A stretch of 63,493 nucleotides of DNA, counting the filler, from Octopus bimaculoides (lineage: Eukaryota), in assembly GCF_001194135.2 (NCBI RefSeq). It is 4 parts of 4 records of this genome, joined end to end, with 100 filler letters (N's around TTAATTAATTAA, not from the genome) between each part and the next. Parts side by side here need not be neighbours in the genome. Positions count along the whole stretch, not along the records: positions 29,802 to 54,946 come from NC_069006.1; 3 more parts are not named here. The stretch is one strand, 5' to 3'. Of the stretch, positions 35,458-49,589 are shown in pieces. The position numbers and the translations under genes are program-made. Under the pieces are notes generated by a model. It ran no database searches. It saw only the letters and a program-made list of their open reading frames with translations, and was not told the origin of the DNA. How positions within the stretch are numbered: the first letter of the stretch is position 1; every line of letters begins with the position of its first letter.

Positions 35458-38065
35458 GTAAATTTTAAGACTAACATATTGCTATAAATATTTTTAAGAT
35501 GTACCTTTGTTTTCAGCATTTATCTTCAGTTGTTTCGTCTTTCTTCTCCAAAACATATGACTTTATTTTTTTAATTTTTATTTATTTGTTTTATCTTATT
35601 TTGTTATTTTTTGTTAATATCTATTTTTCTAACAGAATGACAGAATTTTCACTGACTTTCAGTTTTCAGGGCTTTGATTTTTCATATGAAAATCTGGATT
35701 TATTTTCAATAGGTGGAGTAAAGAGCAAGGCTAGGTTGTGCTTACCAGCAATTCAGAAAGTTAGGTAATTGGCTAAATCAAGGGACCTTTTTCCTCTAAA
35801 AAGCATAGTCACTAAAAGATTTGTCCCTGTCAGATTGTCTTGTCTTAATTTTCCCCCTGCAACCCAATAGATTATGCCACACATGCTCACAACATTACTG
35901 AAGTTTATGTCTGTTTTCCATTTCGGCAACATAAGAATTCTTCTGCTATTTCAAATATACACTGTTGCCATTTCTCTACCAATATTTCTCAGACATCTAC
36001 TTCATTTTTTGTTTTTAATGAAGACTTTCCAAACCATTATTTTATTTCTTATTTTGGAATCAATGTCTTTAATAAAACCATCTATGAGAATACTAGCTAA
36101 AGGGTGAGGGGTTCCCACTAAAGTTTTGTTATTTAATTTTTTTCTATTCCTTAATTTTTGTTGGGGTTTTTTTTCTGTGTTTATTTCTAGGACATTCTAC
36201 ACAGATTTGGTTTAGATGTCTCCAACTGTTTGATGACTGTTGTTTAATATTTAGTCATATCATACAGTACTGTACTAGTTCTCTCAGTCAGTAGTAGTGA
36301 TTGCCTCCATGACTGTTTAGCTATACTGTACTATGTAAGAGAAGGTAACTCCATACAAATCCTGCATCATAATAGCTACTGTTGCACCCAGTTAATATAA
36401 GTTTGAAGGTGGGAGAGTGGGACTGGCTCTGCATAAATTATGCCCACTATAATAATATTATGCAAGTTGTTAAGCAAATCAAGACATGAACACCATCACA
36501 CATCATATGTCCAATGGTGATAGGGTAAGGAGCAACGGGGACAGGTAGCAGATGTTACTGGAAGTCTTCAGTTTTGACCCTGCACTCAGGTAGCCATAGG
36601 GTGATGGTCAAGTAGCTGTGTCTTGCTGAATCTAGATTTGTGGAAGCAACAAGAGAGAGTCCATAGTACTGTACTAAACTAGTTCTCTCTGTCTGTAGTA
36701 GTATTTGTGTCTGAAACTATTTAGTTATGCAGAACAGTACTTTATTGTACTAGTTCTTTCTGTAGTAATGACAGTATCTGTGACTATTTTGTTGTACAGT
36801 ACTGTACTAGCTCTGTCTTTGTCCGTCATCCATCTCTCTAGTTAAGATGATGTAGAGACAAACATTAGTTCACAGAACCAGTTCATATCAGTGTGGTCCT
36901 AACACAGATGTCTCCAGGCTTAGCAGACACGCAAATACAAATGTCAACTGAAGAAAGAAACTGCTAGAAGTAGACCTAGTAAAAAAAATTTTCTTCTTCT
37001 TACCTCAACTGATCTCAAGATATTTCCTTCAGTTTGTTTTCACCTCACAAAATGTCGTTAGTTTAATTTATTGGCCTTGGATTATGTCAAGATGATAATT
37101 TCAAAAAAGGATGTAATGGTGCTATACCATGATTATTTATGATTAGAAATTTTAAGATCTATGTAATGAGTTAGAGAAAGAAAAAATATATATATATATT
37201 CTATGCATTTTCATTGCTCTTTGATTTAAAACACCAACTCCTAATCCTGTCATGATTTATCTAGAAGTGATTTTCTCTCTTACAATAACTAGCTGCCTGA
37301 GCTCACCACATATTATTATTATTTTTGTTACAACTTACTCAGAAAAGGAAATAGCAGCACACCTTGGACATTTTACCAGTTGTTGAAGATTGATAGGATT
37401 GTTGTGGGGGGAGGAGTGCTGAAACAGCCACAAGTCCTCAGTTATTTCAGTGGCAAGACACATCAAGATATTACATTGTTTTCAAACTAGAGATGATCTG
37501 CTGTGATTGTTTACAGCAAAGAGTGGACAGCACTAAAGTCATCCACAGACTGGAGGTGATGGTGGTCATGTTGAATCATGCTAGAGATCTGTCTGTCTGT
37601 GTGTCTCACCCAATGTTTGTTCTTTGTGTTCCTGATATTGTTTCATATTGGATGTATTGATAATGTTTTGATATAAGTTTTTATACGTTGGTTGATATGG
37701 TTTTCATTATGAGTTTGTTTGATATGGTTTTATGTATTTATTTGGTATGTTTTTTAATATATATATATTTGTTTGATACGTTTTATATATTTGTTTGATA
37801 TATATTTTTATGCTGTTTGATATGTTGCTATATTGTCTGATATGGGAGACCATATTCTATTGAATGTCTCCTTTTAACCAGTTTTCAGTGCTGTTGTTAT
37901 TGTTGTGACTGTTTTGTGTTGCTACTCCAAGTTTAGAAGCAAACATTGTCATCTGTTTCTAAATACACACAGATACATTCCATCTTTTGCATCTCCTAAA
38001 TATATATGTTGATCTAGTAACTCCTTAAAATATCAATCAGCCTGTTTATATTGCCTGTGTGTGTG

Positions 38066-38100
<35 letters not shown>

Positions 38101-38261
38101 ATGAGTTAGTCGTAGATTGTTTACATCAAGAGTGGAGAGTATCTGCAATACCAGGAGTGAATTACAAATGCATAACAGTCCCTGTGAGGGTGGGGTATAT
38201 CTGGTTGTAACACCTGAATTGAAAAAAAATGTGTTTGTTCTTTGGACATAAGTAAATTTAA

Positions 38262-38485
38262 CCCTTTTGGTATGAAACCTTCTCAGAGACTGCCCTTGGT
38301 TTTATGACACAGAATTCTTGTTTTAAAGGAATCTAAATTAAAATCTTTCATTAAAATTTCATGTTAATTTTGTGCTGAACATTGACTTAATAAGACAGTT
38401 ATTTCACTAAATTCTTTGATATTTAACAAAATTAAAACAAAGCAAAGGCAGTGTATATTTCAACAGAAATATGGTAACAAAAGGG
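38262..38485. mobile_element. piggyBac-type MITE
   Basis: TTAA|CCCTTTTG...CAAAAGGG|TTAA. Confidence 0.85.
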
Positions 38486-39349
38486 TTAACATTCAGTCTT
38501 AAATTCACTCACAAAGTTTTGGTCGGCCTAGGGTTACAGAAGATAATGCTTGCTCAATGTGCCATGCAGTGGGACTGAACCCAAAGCCACATGATTGGAA
38601 AGCAAACTTCTTAACCACACTATGACGTCTGCACCAATTTCTTAACATCAAAGCATGCCTGCACATAGTTTTACTACAAAAGATGTCCTGGTGAATAACC
38701 TTATCACCTGTTGAAATAACTGTGTTAATTTGATTTGATCTCCTTCAATTTTCATGTAACCATTACCAGACATTCTCTCTCTCTCTCTCTCTAAAGATAT
38801 TGTGTATTATCTGGTCTAGATTTAAGTCTTAAACTGTATTGTCATGCCTAAAATGTCATAGGTTAAACCTGTAACATTGGCAGCTGTGAGTAATATTTGT
38901 ATTTCAGGTATCCCGAGTTAGGGCAGGATATGAAAATATCTGAAGATCTCTAATTTTTTTTCGTTTTTTAAAATCTCTTTTGGATCTTTATTTCACCATC
39001 TTGTTATATATTCTCCAAGAACATCTCCCTTTATAAAACTAGATGATATCTATTTAGTTCTATTTTTTGCAATGTGACAGTTGAACATGGCTGTTTAGAT
39101 GCTGACAATTTGGCATGGACGACTGAACGCTCAGCCTGTTTTGGTGACAGTACTTTTTAGTGCTGGAGGCAAACACACGCATGCATGTGAAGAAATATAC
39201 ACACAGACAGAAGGAAAGAGAAAGACAGAGAGATTACAATTTAATTGAACATGAATGACATAAACCCTTTCCCTCATTTTATACATAAAGAAATATATTC
39301 AGAGAGAGAGAGAAAGAAGAAAGGAGTGAGAGGATGAAAGAAACATTAA

Positions 39350-39576
39350 CCCTTTAGCATTTAAACTGGTAATATTCAGCTTAAATATTCCCCTTGTTAT
39401 ATGTTCAAACCAGCCAAATCTGGCCTCTTGTACTCACTCGACAATGTCATTCTAAAAATAAACAATCACTTCATCAAAGTCTTGAAGCTGTGAGATAATG
39501 GCTGATTAATTCAAAACAATGTGAAATGTGAATAAATAGATGTCACATTTGACAGAGTAATTTGAATGCTTTAGGG
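39350..39576. mobile_element. piggyBac-type MITE (second family)
   Basis: TTAA|CCCTTTAGCATT...AATGCTTTAGGG|TTAA. Confidence 0.85.
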
Positions 39577-40357
39577 TTAAAACATTGGATGTCAAATAAG
39601 CCAGCGTTGTATCAGAAATGCCATATAGGCAGCACAAAGACAGCTGTACCAAAATGTCTCCTGCTCTTTATTTCATTCTAGTTTAGTTAACAACCAAATT
39701 GTTAAGACAACCAAACATCTGCAAAATGATACTGTTTTTTTTTTTTTTTTTTTTTTTCCTGTCCTCTTAAAAGCTGATCTGAAAGTAGACTTAAGTAGAC
39801 TGTAATGAACTCCCCCACCCCCACCTTCTTGACAGTTCTTTGTAGAACAAGATGGCTGTGTTTTCTGTTATATTGGCAGGAAAGATTTTCTTCATTATTC
39901 ATGGGGTGCACGCATAACAGCGAGAATCCAAACAATAATGCATCCTATTCATTCTCAGTAGATTCAGGCAGATTTGAACATGAATATCTGATCCCTGTTG
40001 TTTTTCTTCAGCAGAGACCAACATCTCCCTTTAGATAATGTTTCTTCATAGTATGCATGATTCACCAGTACAGGGCAACTTTGAGACACCGTGGTGTTTC
40101 AATGACCACATATTGCCTAAAGAGAAGTGATGTTTTCAGGTGACAAAGCACAACTGCAATCAGGTATTCACACTCAAATCTGCCAGAATGTAATAAGAAT
40201 GGATAGATAAGAGATAATAGGTTGTTGTTTTCTTTATTATTTTATTTATTCTTTTATGTGGATAAATTTCTAGCTTCATTTTACTAAACCTGTTGAATGC
40301 AACACAAGCTGTTTAAGGTAACCCCTTCATTACACCTGAGCTTCTGGCTAATTGCAG

Positions 40358-41046
40358 ATTAATGGCCATAGGAATCGGCCACAAAGCATGACAGAGGTCA
40401 CAAACCAATCATCTTCATCACCCGATGCTGGGCTACCAGTCCAGGCACAGCATGGCAGTGCTGCTTCACACATTTCCAATTCCATAAGCTCAACTTCTCA
40501 ACAGTCCAAGGACCACCACCATCAAGTACAACGAACTGTATCACTAGGAAATACTTCTGCATGCAGGAAGACTGCATCAAAACCTTCTCACTCCCACATC
40601 TCTCATTCCATGAAAGGGAAACCATCCGATAGGTCAAACAATAGCGACCACCATGCCTCTTACAGGAATGGTCGACAGACAATGGGTGTTATCCCAAATG
40701 GTGCTCAGAATGGTAATGATAGAGGCTCTGCATGTCACTATGGCAATGGAAGCCAGCCTGCCATGAACAGACGGAGACCTCCTCCTGGCCCTGCCCGCTT
40801 ACCAAGCGCCAGGGATAGTCTAAATAACACAGAAGCACATAACGTGGAGCATTGGTTGACAGGTTGCCCCGTGGAGTACAGTCCAAAGAACGGTCATTCA
40901 CAGAAGTCTCCTTCACGTGAATGGGAAGCTGAGCTGATGGGTGATCATTTATCAGAAGTGAGCTCTAGGGGCAGCACGGATTTAAGGTTGCCCTCTCCTT
41001 CTCCACCTGATAGTTCCCACAGTGAACATGACCCTTCATCACTTAG
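40358..41046 (+). CDS. CCDC50: CCDC50-like large low-complexity exon e (689 nt, phase 0 to 2), Ser/His/Asn-rich, contains RRRPPPGP
   Basis: ctaattgcag|ATT AAT GGC...CTT AG|gtacgt. Long open frame with more retained CpG than the flanking introns. Confidence 0.8.
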
Positions 41047-42059
41047 GTACGTAAGAACTACTACTGAGTGTCTTTCTGCTGCTACATTACATCTCTCCCT
41101 CATTAGCCCGCTCTCTTCCTCTCTCTCTCTCTCCCCTTACTCACTCTCCTCTTCCTCTCTCCCTCCCTCCCTCCCTTACTGGCCCACTCTTCTTTTATTC
41201 CTCTCTCTCACTCACTAGTCTTCTTTTCCTCTATCTGTCTCCCTCCCTCACCCTCTCTTCATCCCTCTCTAACCTGTTCTTGCTTCTCTCTCACTCCCTC
41301 TCTTTCTCTCTCCCTTTTTGGCCTGCTCTCACTTGCTCCCTCTTTCTATCTCCCTTACTGGCCTGCTCGCTCTCGTTCCCTCTCTCACTCTCCTTCCCTC
41401 CCTTTTATATATTTGTCCCTTTCTCTCTCACTTTTCTCTCCTTCTTCTATTCCTTGCACTCAATCTCCCTGGCCCTCTTTACTCCTTCCTTTATTATTTC
41501 TCATACTCCTCCCCTGCTTTCTCATCTATAAATTTTCCAAGATGCAATTAACTCATATGCACATTAATACACTCTCTCTCTCTCTCTCACCTCCCCCTTA
41601 CACAGCATCCTTTCCATTCCTTCCCTCTCACCTATACTCCTCTTTATCTCCCCAGCTTTCTGCCTCTCTCTCTCTATCCAGATAACATTCCCAACTGAAT
41701 TACCAAAATATATCCTTACTCTCCCCTTTAAACCAGCAATATACCTTTTATTACTTGCCTCTACCCTGAGAGTAGCTCCCGTATTCTACACTTTCAATTT
41801 TTGGCCTGTTTTGCTGGGATTTGGACTCCTCAATAATTTTTAGATCTCCCTACCATATAGTTTTTTTATACAATTCCTAATAATATTTAATTATGGGATC
41901 TATTAAAACTTCAAATGACTATGGGAGTTAAAGGGTCCACGGGCAAAAAAAAAACGGTCGAGAACCACTGCACTGGATAGACTGATGTTGTTTGAGTTAT
42001 GTACCTTGTCAAGGGGTTACAACGTAACTTGTGCAGTTGTAATGTTTCAACACCTGACG

Positions 42060-42330
42060 ACGGGGTTCTCATCATTATTGTTTTAACACCCACTTCTGTT
42101 TGATTGCATGGGTGAAATGGAATTATTCAAGGCAAATTTTCTATGGCTGGATACCCTTCCTGCCATCAACTGTCACTTTTTCCCCAGCAGGGTAATATTT
42201 CCCTATGGTCAGAAATGTTTGCATAGAAGATTGGAAACAAAAGACACTGCTTTTATGATGGCAATGCTTGTTCAATTATCATGCAATGTCAAAACAAAAG
42301 AGACAAACAGACATACCTTACACAATAGGC
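42060..42330. mobile_element. Degenerate interspersed repeat (RTE-tail-like; related copies at 44610-44840 and 47440-47640)
   Basis: Shared catcattattgttttaac/aatgtcc...ttttctatggc(t/c)ggat(a/g)ccctt...gccaac motif in three places. Confidence 0.55.
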
Positions 42331-42440
42331 TTCTTTCAGTTTCTGGCTACCAAATCACTCACAAAGCATTGGAGTAGACTAATGTCTTAAAGCTACATTT
42401 ATCTGTTTGGGTTCTCCTTGAAGCCAATATTTCCAAAATT

Positions 42441-42474
<34 letters not shown>

Positions 42475-43865
42475 ACACATTGTAACCTTTCACCTTTCAT
42501 GTCATCTCGTTCTACTCATCATGTGACCTTCTCAAAAGAGAATTTATTAAAAAATATTTCTGCAGGTTTTATTTGGGTGGGGGGTGAGTTATTTTGTGTT
42601 ATAGGAGGATAGCAGCAAGTGGTATACATAAGCCCCACCTCCACTAACCTCTAGGATGTTACTCCACCACCATCTTACTGAACTTTTCCTTTCTCTCTCT
42701 CTCTCTCCTCCCAATTCCTTTGAATATTTTATCAAAAAACATTCCCTACCCCTTGCAAAACTATCCTTAATGTTCCCCACCACCACCATTTCTGGTGATG
42801 GTGTCTTATAACCAACAAATCCATCACATTTTTTTCTTCTTTAACAATCCTAAATGATACTATTTCAAACCCATTGTTTTCCCAGCATCCCCGCTCTCCC
42901 CAGCCCCTCTCTCTCTCTCCATCTCCTGCTGCTTTTTTCTGCTTCGCTTCATCATTTGTTTGTAAATCTGCAATGTTTTAGTTCAAACCTTGGCTGTAAC
43001 ACCGCTTTTATTAACTGCAATTTTCTTTCTATTAACACCCTTTTATTTATCTATCTTTTTTTTTTTTTTTTGTTATCTTTTGTTAATTCTGCTTTCCAGC
43101 ACTTTTTATTTATTTTTTCTGTGTTGAGAGGATTTTTTTTTAATATATTCTTAAGTTGATTGAGGTCAAGACATCCAGCCTTGTTTAAGATGTCTGTTGG
43201 TACAGATTCACTTCAATTATTAAGCTAGTGTATTTGAGAAAGGCATGAAGCATGACAACATTCTATTTTCATTCCTTTCTTCTTTGAAATCAAACGCCAC
43301 CAGGCCTGGTCAGAATGAAAGTACTTATCATATGATGAGTGTTGTAATTTTGTTTGAAGCATTGTGTTAGATGACTGCAGCAATGTCATTTGACTATTAA
43401 ACATCAATAAGATCAAGAACAAAGATAACAAACTGTTACCTCAAAAATGTTCAATGGTTCTAATATTTCGGGCAAAATACTTCTTTTCAAAGATTTAAGA
43501 GAACTGGTGGGAATAATAAATTTCTGTTTAAGTTGACATGTCAGGCTTGTATAAGAGTAATTCAAATACGTTTATTCTCGCTCTCTCTCATAAAAATTTT
43601 GTAAAAGGGTATATTACCCAAAATATCTGAGCCATTAGATATTTTTAAGGTAATAATTCAATATCTTTGTTCTTATTCTTATTGATGTTTTATCTTCTAA
43701 CAATGTTTTTATATATTATATCTATTTTAATTTAGATATTTGAAAACCTGGCATTGGTTGTGTGAAGGAGTTAACCACCTTTCACATGTAGTGGCTTCTT
43801 CCTCTTCTGTGCTCTGTTTTTACTCAAGAGACCTGAAAAATTAACTAAATATGTAGAAACCACTT

Positions 43866-44200
43866 TGTTGTACCTGCATACATCTAAATAGACTGTGGTA
43901 CTACATACACTTTGACAGATTGTGGTACCAACATACATCTAAGTAGACTATGGTACCAACATACGTCTAAGTAGACTGTGGTACCAACATGCATCTAAGT
44001 AGACTGTGGTACCAACATACATCTAAGTAGACCATGGTACCAACATACATCTAAGTAGACTATGGTACCAACATACGTCTAAGTAGACCATGGTACCAAC
44101 ATACATCTAAGTAGACTGTGGTACCAACATACATCTAAGTAGACTGTGGTACCAACACAATTCTAAGTAGACTGTGGTACCAATATGCATCTAAGTAGAC
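43866..44200. repeat. 28-bp minisatellite (tgtggtaccaacatacatctaagtagac), ~12 copies
   Basis: Ten near-perfect head-to-tail units at 43921-44200 plus two degenerate units upstream. Confidence 0.95.
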
Positions 44201-44324
44201 TAAGCAGTTTAAAAGCTAAATATTAGTGCTTGGCCTAGTGCAGCTCCACTGAAACCCTGTGAGACCCAAACTCTTCAGCCATATTCTTCCCTCTTCCCAT
44301 ACCAAACCCTTACATTTAGAAGGT

Positions 44325-44560
44325 GCATAGTTTAGTGACTAATGTGTTACACTCACAATTGTGAGATTGTGGTTTCAGTTCCTGGATCAGGCAGTGCATT
44401 GCGTTCTTGAACAAGGTGCTTCATTTCACTTTGCTCCATTCCACTCAACTGAAAATGAGTTCCAACAATAACTAGGAAGTTAACCTTGCAATGAACTAGT
44501 GTCCCTTTCAGTGGAGGTGTTTTGTAATTTCTGTCACCCTTATGCCATGGAAACCGAAAT
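44325..44560 (+). mobile_element. Degenerate SINE family D; an opposite-strand copy lies at 46080-46330
   Basis: tRNA-like head ggtttcagttcctggatc, then ttgctccattccactcaactg core. Reverse copy cagttgagtggactggacca...gggaattgaaacc. Confidence 0.55.
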
Positions 44561-46476
44561 TCTTGGATATATGATAGACTCTTAGGTCAACTCTTATCTT
44601 TGAATTCATCATCCTTGTTTAATGTCCTCTTTTCTTTGCCCACATGGGTCAAATGGAATTTGTTGAGGTGGATTTTCTATGGCCAGATGCCCTTTGTGTT
44701 GCTAACCCTTGCCTGTTTCCAAGTAGGATAATATTTCCTTATGACCAGACAGGTCTTGGAAGATTGCAAAGGACATCATTTGCATGATGGTGACACTCGC
44801 TTACAACTGTCGTTCAGTGTCAAGGCCTAGAGACAGTAAAACACATACACACATACACGCACACACACATACACACAAAAGACTTCTTTCGGTTTCTCTC
44901 AGGAGGCTTTGGTTAGCTCAGGGCCATAATAGAAGATATTTTCCCAAGTTGCTGCACAGTGGGACTGATTCTGAAACCATATGGTTGGGAAGCAAACTTC
45001 TTATCACACTCCTGCACCTGTGTTATGTTCAGTGAAACTCGGTCACCTCATTATCAATTCATTTCATTCTGCTTCCATCTCCTCGGCTGAAGATAGGGAC
45101 AGCTGATGGATGCAGGGTAGGTAACTCTGACAGACTGATGTCCCATTCAGTGAGAAGTTTCTCATCGCAGTTGTTTTAACACCAAGAAAATATAAGGTCA
45201 AACCGGATGTGGTTGTAGTTTCAAAACCAATGTACCCTTTAATTCTTTTGCTGTGGGTGCAAACGGTAATTTGCTTGTTTGCAAATTTCATCTTGGGAAC
45301 CTTGTATGCACATCATTTTCCTTTGTGCAGTAACTGTAAAATGTGTGGACATGCACAAGTGTACAGTTTAAAAAAAAAAAACACTACTTAGATTTTTTTT
45401 CCTTTCGTTGTTTTGTTTTTTAAATCTAGTATTTATTCCATTGAGCTCTTTTGCTGAACTGCCAAATCACAAGGATGTAAACAAACCAACACCAGTTGTC
45501 AAGAGGTGGTGGATGACAAACAATGACACACACACATATGCATATACATACATACATACATACACATGATGGACTTTCAGTTTCCATCTTCCAAATTCAC
45601 TCAGGTTTTGGTTGGCCTGGGTCTATTGTAGAAAACACTTGCCAAAAGTGCCACACAGCCATACCTGCACCTATTAATGTATTATGACAGATTTCTATTA
45701 AATTTGTTGCACTTGTCAGAGGTAAAAAAACTGACAATCCATGATGGTACCTTACTTATCCAAAGCAGCATGGAAACTCAGAATATGTCAAACTGATTTA
45801 CCTCCCTTGTTGCTATGGTTCCAAATTTTGGAGAATACGTTGTACATTTTGTTAACTTCCATTTTCATCAACTGCAACTGTTTCCTTCAGTTGGATAAAT
45901 TAACCATAAGTTGAACCTTGTTTATCACCTGAGCTTGTTAAGGCTAACAGAATAATGTACCTTTGCTCTGACTAAGGTTAACAATATAAATACCTTAGCT
46001 TTCCTACACCCTCAACAAATGAGAATTGAACCCATAACCTTAATGGTAATGGTAGTGAAGCACCTTGCACTCATCATCATCATCAACCCCTTGACATTGC
46101 TGTCTTAAATCTAGGACTGATAGGACCAGTTACCCAGTTTCCATGGCCTTTAAGGGACCACTATGACAATGTTTTCCCTGAATGGGATATCAGTGCATTG
46201 CATTTACAGTTGAGTGGACTGGACCAATGTAAAATGAGGTGTTTGCTAAAGAACAAAACACATCACCCAATCTGGGAATTGAAACCACAATTTTGGAGTC
46301 ATGACTGTAACACAACAACCACTAGGGCTTGTACTTTCACCTTACCTTCACAAACACAGTAAAGTTACTCTTACTTTGCTGATAGATTCCTTATATGGTC
46401 TGAACATATTGTTTAGTTTGTTTCAATGGACTAATATGGAATCTTCTTGAATTTTAAAGAACAGAGCCATCTAAAT

Positions 46477-46626
46477 TAGTGCTCCACAACCGTTTTTCAT
46501 TTACGGTACACTTATATTCTGTTCAAAATTCATATAACTAAAAGTATATTCAGGTCACATTGCAGCATAGCTAGCATCACCCCATGGCACACCAGTGTGC
46601 CACAGCATACTGGTTGTGGAGCACTG
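46477..46626. mobile_element. hAT-type MITE with a perfect 8-bp TSD (ATCTAAAT)
   Basis: atctaaat|TAGTGCTCCACAACC...GGTTGTGGAGCACTG|atctaaat. Confidence 0.9.
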
Positions 46627-46724
46627 ATCTAAATTATTCTTTTCTTTTTTATTCAACAAACCCTGATTTGTTGTGATATTTTTGATTGTCATTTTTGGCA
46701 ATTAAGGAAATAATTTAAACATAT

Positions 46725-47112
46725 AGGCGCAGGAGTGGTTGTGTGGCAAGTAGCTTGTTTACCAACCACATGGTTCTGGGTTCAGTCCCACTGCGTGGCA
46801 CCTTGGGCAAGTGTCTTCTACTATAGCCTCGGGCCGACCAAAACCTTGTGAGTGGATTTGGTAGACGGAAACTGAAAGAAGCCCGTCATATATATATATA
46901 CATATGTGTGTGTCTATGTTTGTTCCCCCAACATCACTTGACAACCGATGCTGGTGTATTTACATCCCCATAACTTAGTGGTTCGGCAAAAGAGATCGAT
47001 AGAATAAGTATTAGGCTTACAAAAAATAAATCCTGAGGTCAATTTGCTCGACTAAAGGCGGTGCTCCAGCATAGCCGCAGTCAAATGCCTGAAACAAGTA
47101 AGTAAAGAAAGA
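46725..47112 (+). mobile_element. Full-length tRNA-derived SINE family A
   Basis: aggcgcaggagtggttgtgtgg (A-box), gggttcagtccc (B-box), ccttgggcaagt (CORE-like), internal (TA/TG)n, 3' aaacaagtaagtaaagaaag. Confidence 0.9.
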
Positions 47113-49104
47113 ATTAACCATACCAAAGCTAACTGAATCTTAGATTCTTAGATTGGGTTATTACAGTAATTAGTAATTCCTGTAGAGTTTTTTTTTTTTA
47201 ATGTTATTTCATCATAGTAAATACATAATTATCTGCCATTTCAGCGCTTACTAATTTCATCACCCCACCACCATCCTAGCAATTACATCACAAGCAAAAA
47301 CATCATCAGTGAATTTATCATCAACATGCTTTGTGTCTGTAGAGTAAATACAGTTCTTAACATTTAGTTTTTATTTACAGAGTAAATGCATCGTGTCCAT
47401 GTTGAATTAACAAATGCAAAAGAAATTCAAAGACAAAATCATTATCGATGTCCCATTCTGGCCTGGGTTGCACAGTTTGACAGGATCTGGCAAGCCGCAG
47501 AGCTATGTTGTGCTCTGGTGTCAGCATTGGCATGGTTTCTATGACTGGATGCCCTTCTTAACACCAACTATTTTACAGTATATGCTGGGTGCTTCTTTTG
47601 GTGCCACTGGCACCAGTGAGGTCACTTGCAAGACAAGAAAAGGAAAAAGCCCCCTTGGCTAAATATGATCTAGAGACAAGCACAAATGTCTTTCCATGGT
47701 GATAATATATTACTTTGGTGCATTATATATGAGTGAACGGGTGTAACTGATAAGATGAGATGGAAGTGATTATCTTTTTCTCAAAAACTCTCACCCACCC
47801 ACCCATCTATAATGTGGGGTAACCACTTGTGCTTGTCCTTCTATCATACTTTAACCTCTCAATGCCTGGCATAAAGCCACCTCTCTCCCTCTTAAATACT
47901 TTTCCCATTTAACCATTAAATTTAATCAATATATACATGGAAAAACAAATCAAATTAACTTTAAAAATAGAATCACAAACCTAAATGCAGTGAAAAGTTG
48001 TTTTAAATTGAAAGAAATGGGAAAAAATATTCTAAAAATATAAATTATGAGAGTTAAACCTCCTAAATATTCCCAATTTGTTTTTATATTTATTTTCTAT
48101 GCTAGCATGAGTTAGCAGATTAGCATGGTTTTACAAACAGATGTCAGCTTCTCTTGCTAACCATCACCTGATTTTTGAAGTATGGGTCTTCTTATTCCAC
48201 ATGTTTTTGAAGACAAAAAGACATTATATGATTTGTTGACTTGGAGAAAATCATAGCAACTTCACTGCTTTCAGCTGCTCTATTTTCAGAGTACAGATAT
48301 AAGCGAACATGGGGGCACACACACACAAACATATATATGCATATATACCTACAAGCTTCTTACAACTTCTGTCTACCAAATCCAAGTATCTTCTACTATA
48401 GCCAGAGGCTATAGAAGATACCTACCCAAGGTGCCATGCAATGGGACTGAACCTGAAACTAAGTGGCTGAGAAGCAAGCTTCTTAGCTGCACTACCATTG
48501 TATCTCCTTTTGTGATGTGGAATCAGTATACTGATTTATTATTACTTGGTTTAACAAATCGTTCCTATTTCAAGATTTTTTTTAAAAACAATTGCAAATC
48601 ACAGAATGAGATGTTATTGTCTTTGAATGTCTCTGTTTTCCATTGTTAATGAAACATATTTATTTACTCTGTAAATAATGGTTAGTAGCATATCTACTCT
48701 GTGGATTTAAAGTTTGTTGATAAATTTTATTAATGAGGTATTTGTCATAATGATATATTTATTAATGATTGTAATGGACTTATGATGTAATTACCTTCTA
48801 ATTTAATGGCCCATGATAAATTTACTGCAAAACTTGTAACACTTTGCATTTCTAACAAATTATTTTAACTGATCTGGTTTTTTTAAATGGTTTTTATTTT
48901 AATTATTTTTGTTTCACTTTTGTATAATGTTTACTGGCAAAAAAAGATCTTGTTTTATGAATTATGTTTTAAAATATCAGCTGTGTTTAAAATGTTCATG
49001 TATTAGAGAGACCATTCTACAAATCTGAACCAATATCATGTCTCTAATACACTCTGTTATGTTAGGAATTTCTATTTATAAACTTTGTGCAAACTTACTT
49101 TTGT

Positions 49105-49280
49105 TTTACACACATTGTAGTGATGTCATTGTGCACACATTGTGATGACAGTGTACACATTGTGATGACATTGTACACATATTGTGATGATACTGTACAT
49201 ATATTGTGATGAAATTGTACATGAGGGCCTCATTGTACACAAATTTTGATGACCTCATGTTGCACACACAATGATGTCAT
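49105..49280. repeat. Degenerate ~20-22-bp tandem repeat (cacattgtgatgacattgta)
   Basis: Direct reading. Confidence 0.75.
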
Positions 49281-49589
49281 CCTTTATTCAAGTCAAAATT
49301 TTGCTGTTCTACAAAGTATTTTTTTCTTCTACTTATTGCATTTAAATGTTCTTTCTAATTATTTCTCAGCGAAGACGCCCTTACACATATACACTTCTTA
49401 ACACACTACATACTTACTATACTACGGTGATGTGGGACACACTGTCCATTAAACTTATATACAAGTAATGTGTGTGTCCACATAGTTGCTGCACATACAT
49501 ATATAGGCAAATTTGTACATCATGACAGCCCTCTATCCAATTGCCTTATAATACAGATGACTATGTAATATAGTTACCAGAGGCATGTA

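Noticed and set aside
43866-44200. CRISPR-like 28-bp partly palindromic repeats
   Set aside because: The units are head-to-tail with no spacers, the context is a eukaryotic intron, and there are no cas genes.
46725-46800. tRNA-like A/B boxes (also at 5335, 17471, 21010 and 44330)
   Set aside because: These are SINE heads continuing into SINE bodies, with no complete cloverleaf.
47381-47410. Good acceptor ttttatttacag| inside the CCDC50-like intron
   Set aside because: All three frames stop within 10 codons, there is no clear donor, and it runs into a repeat.
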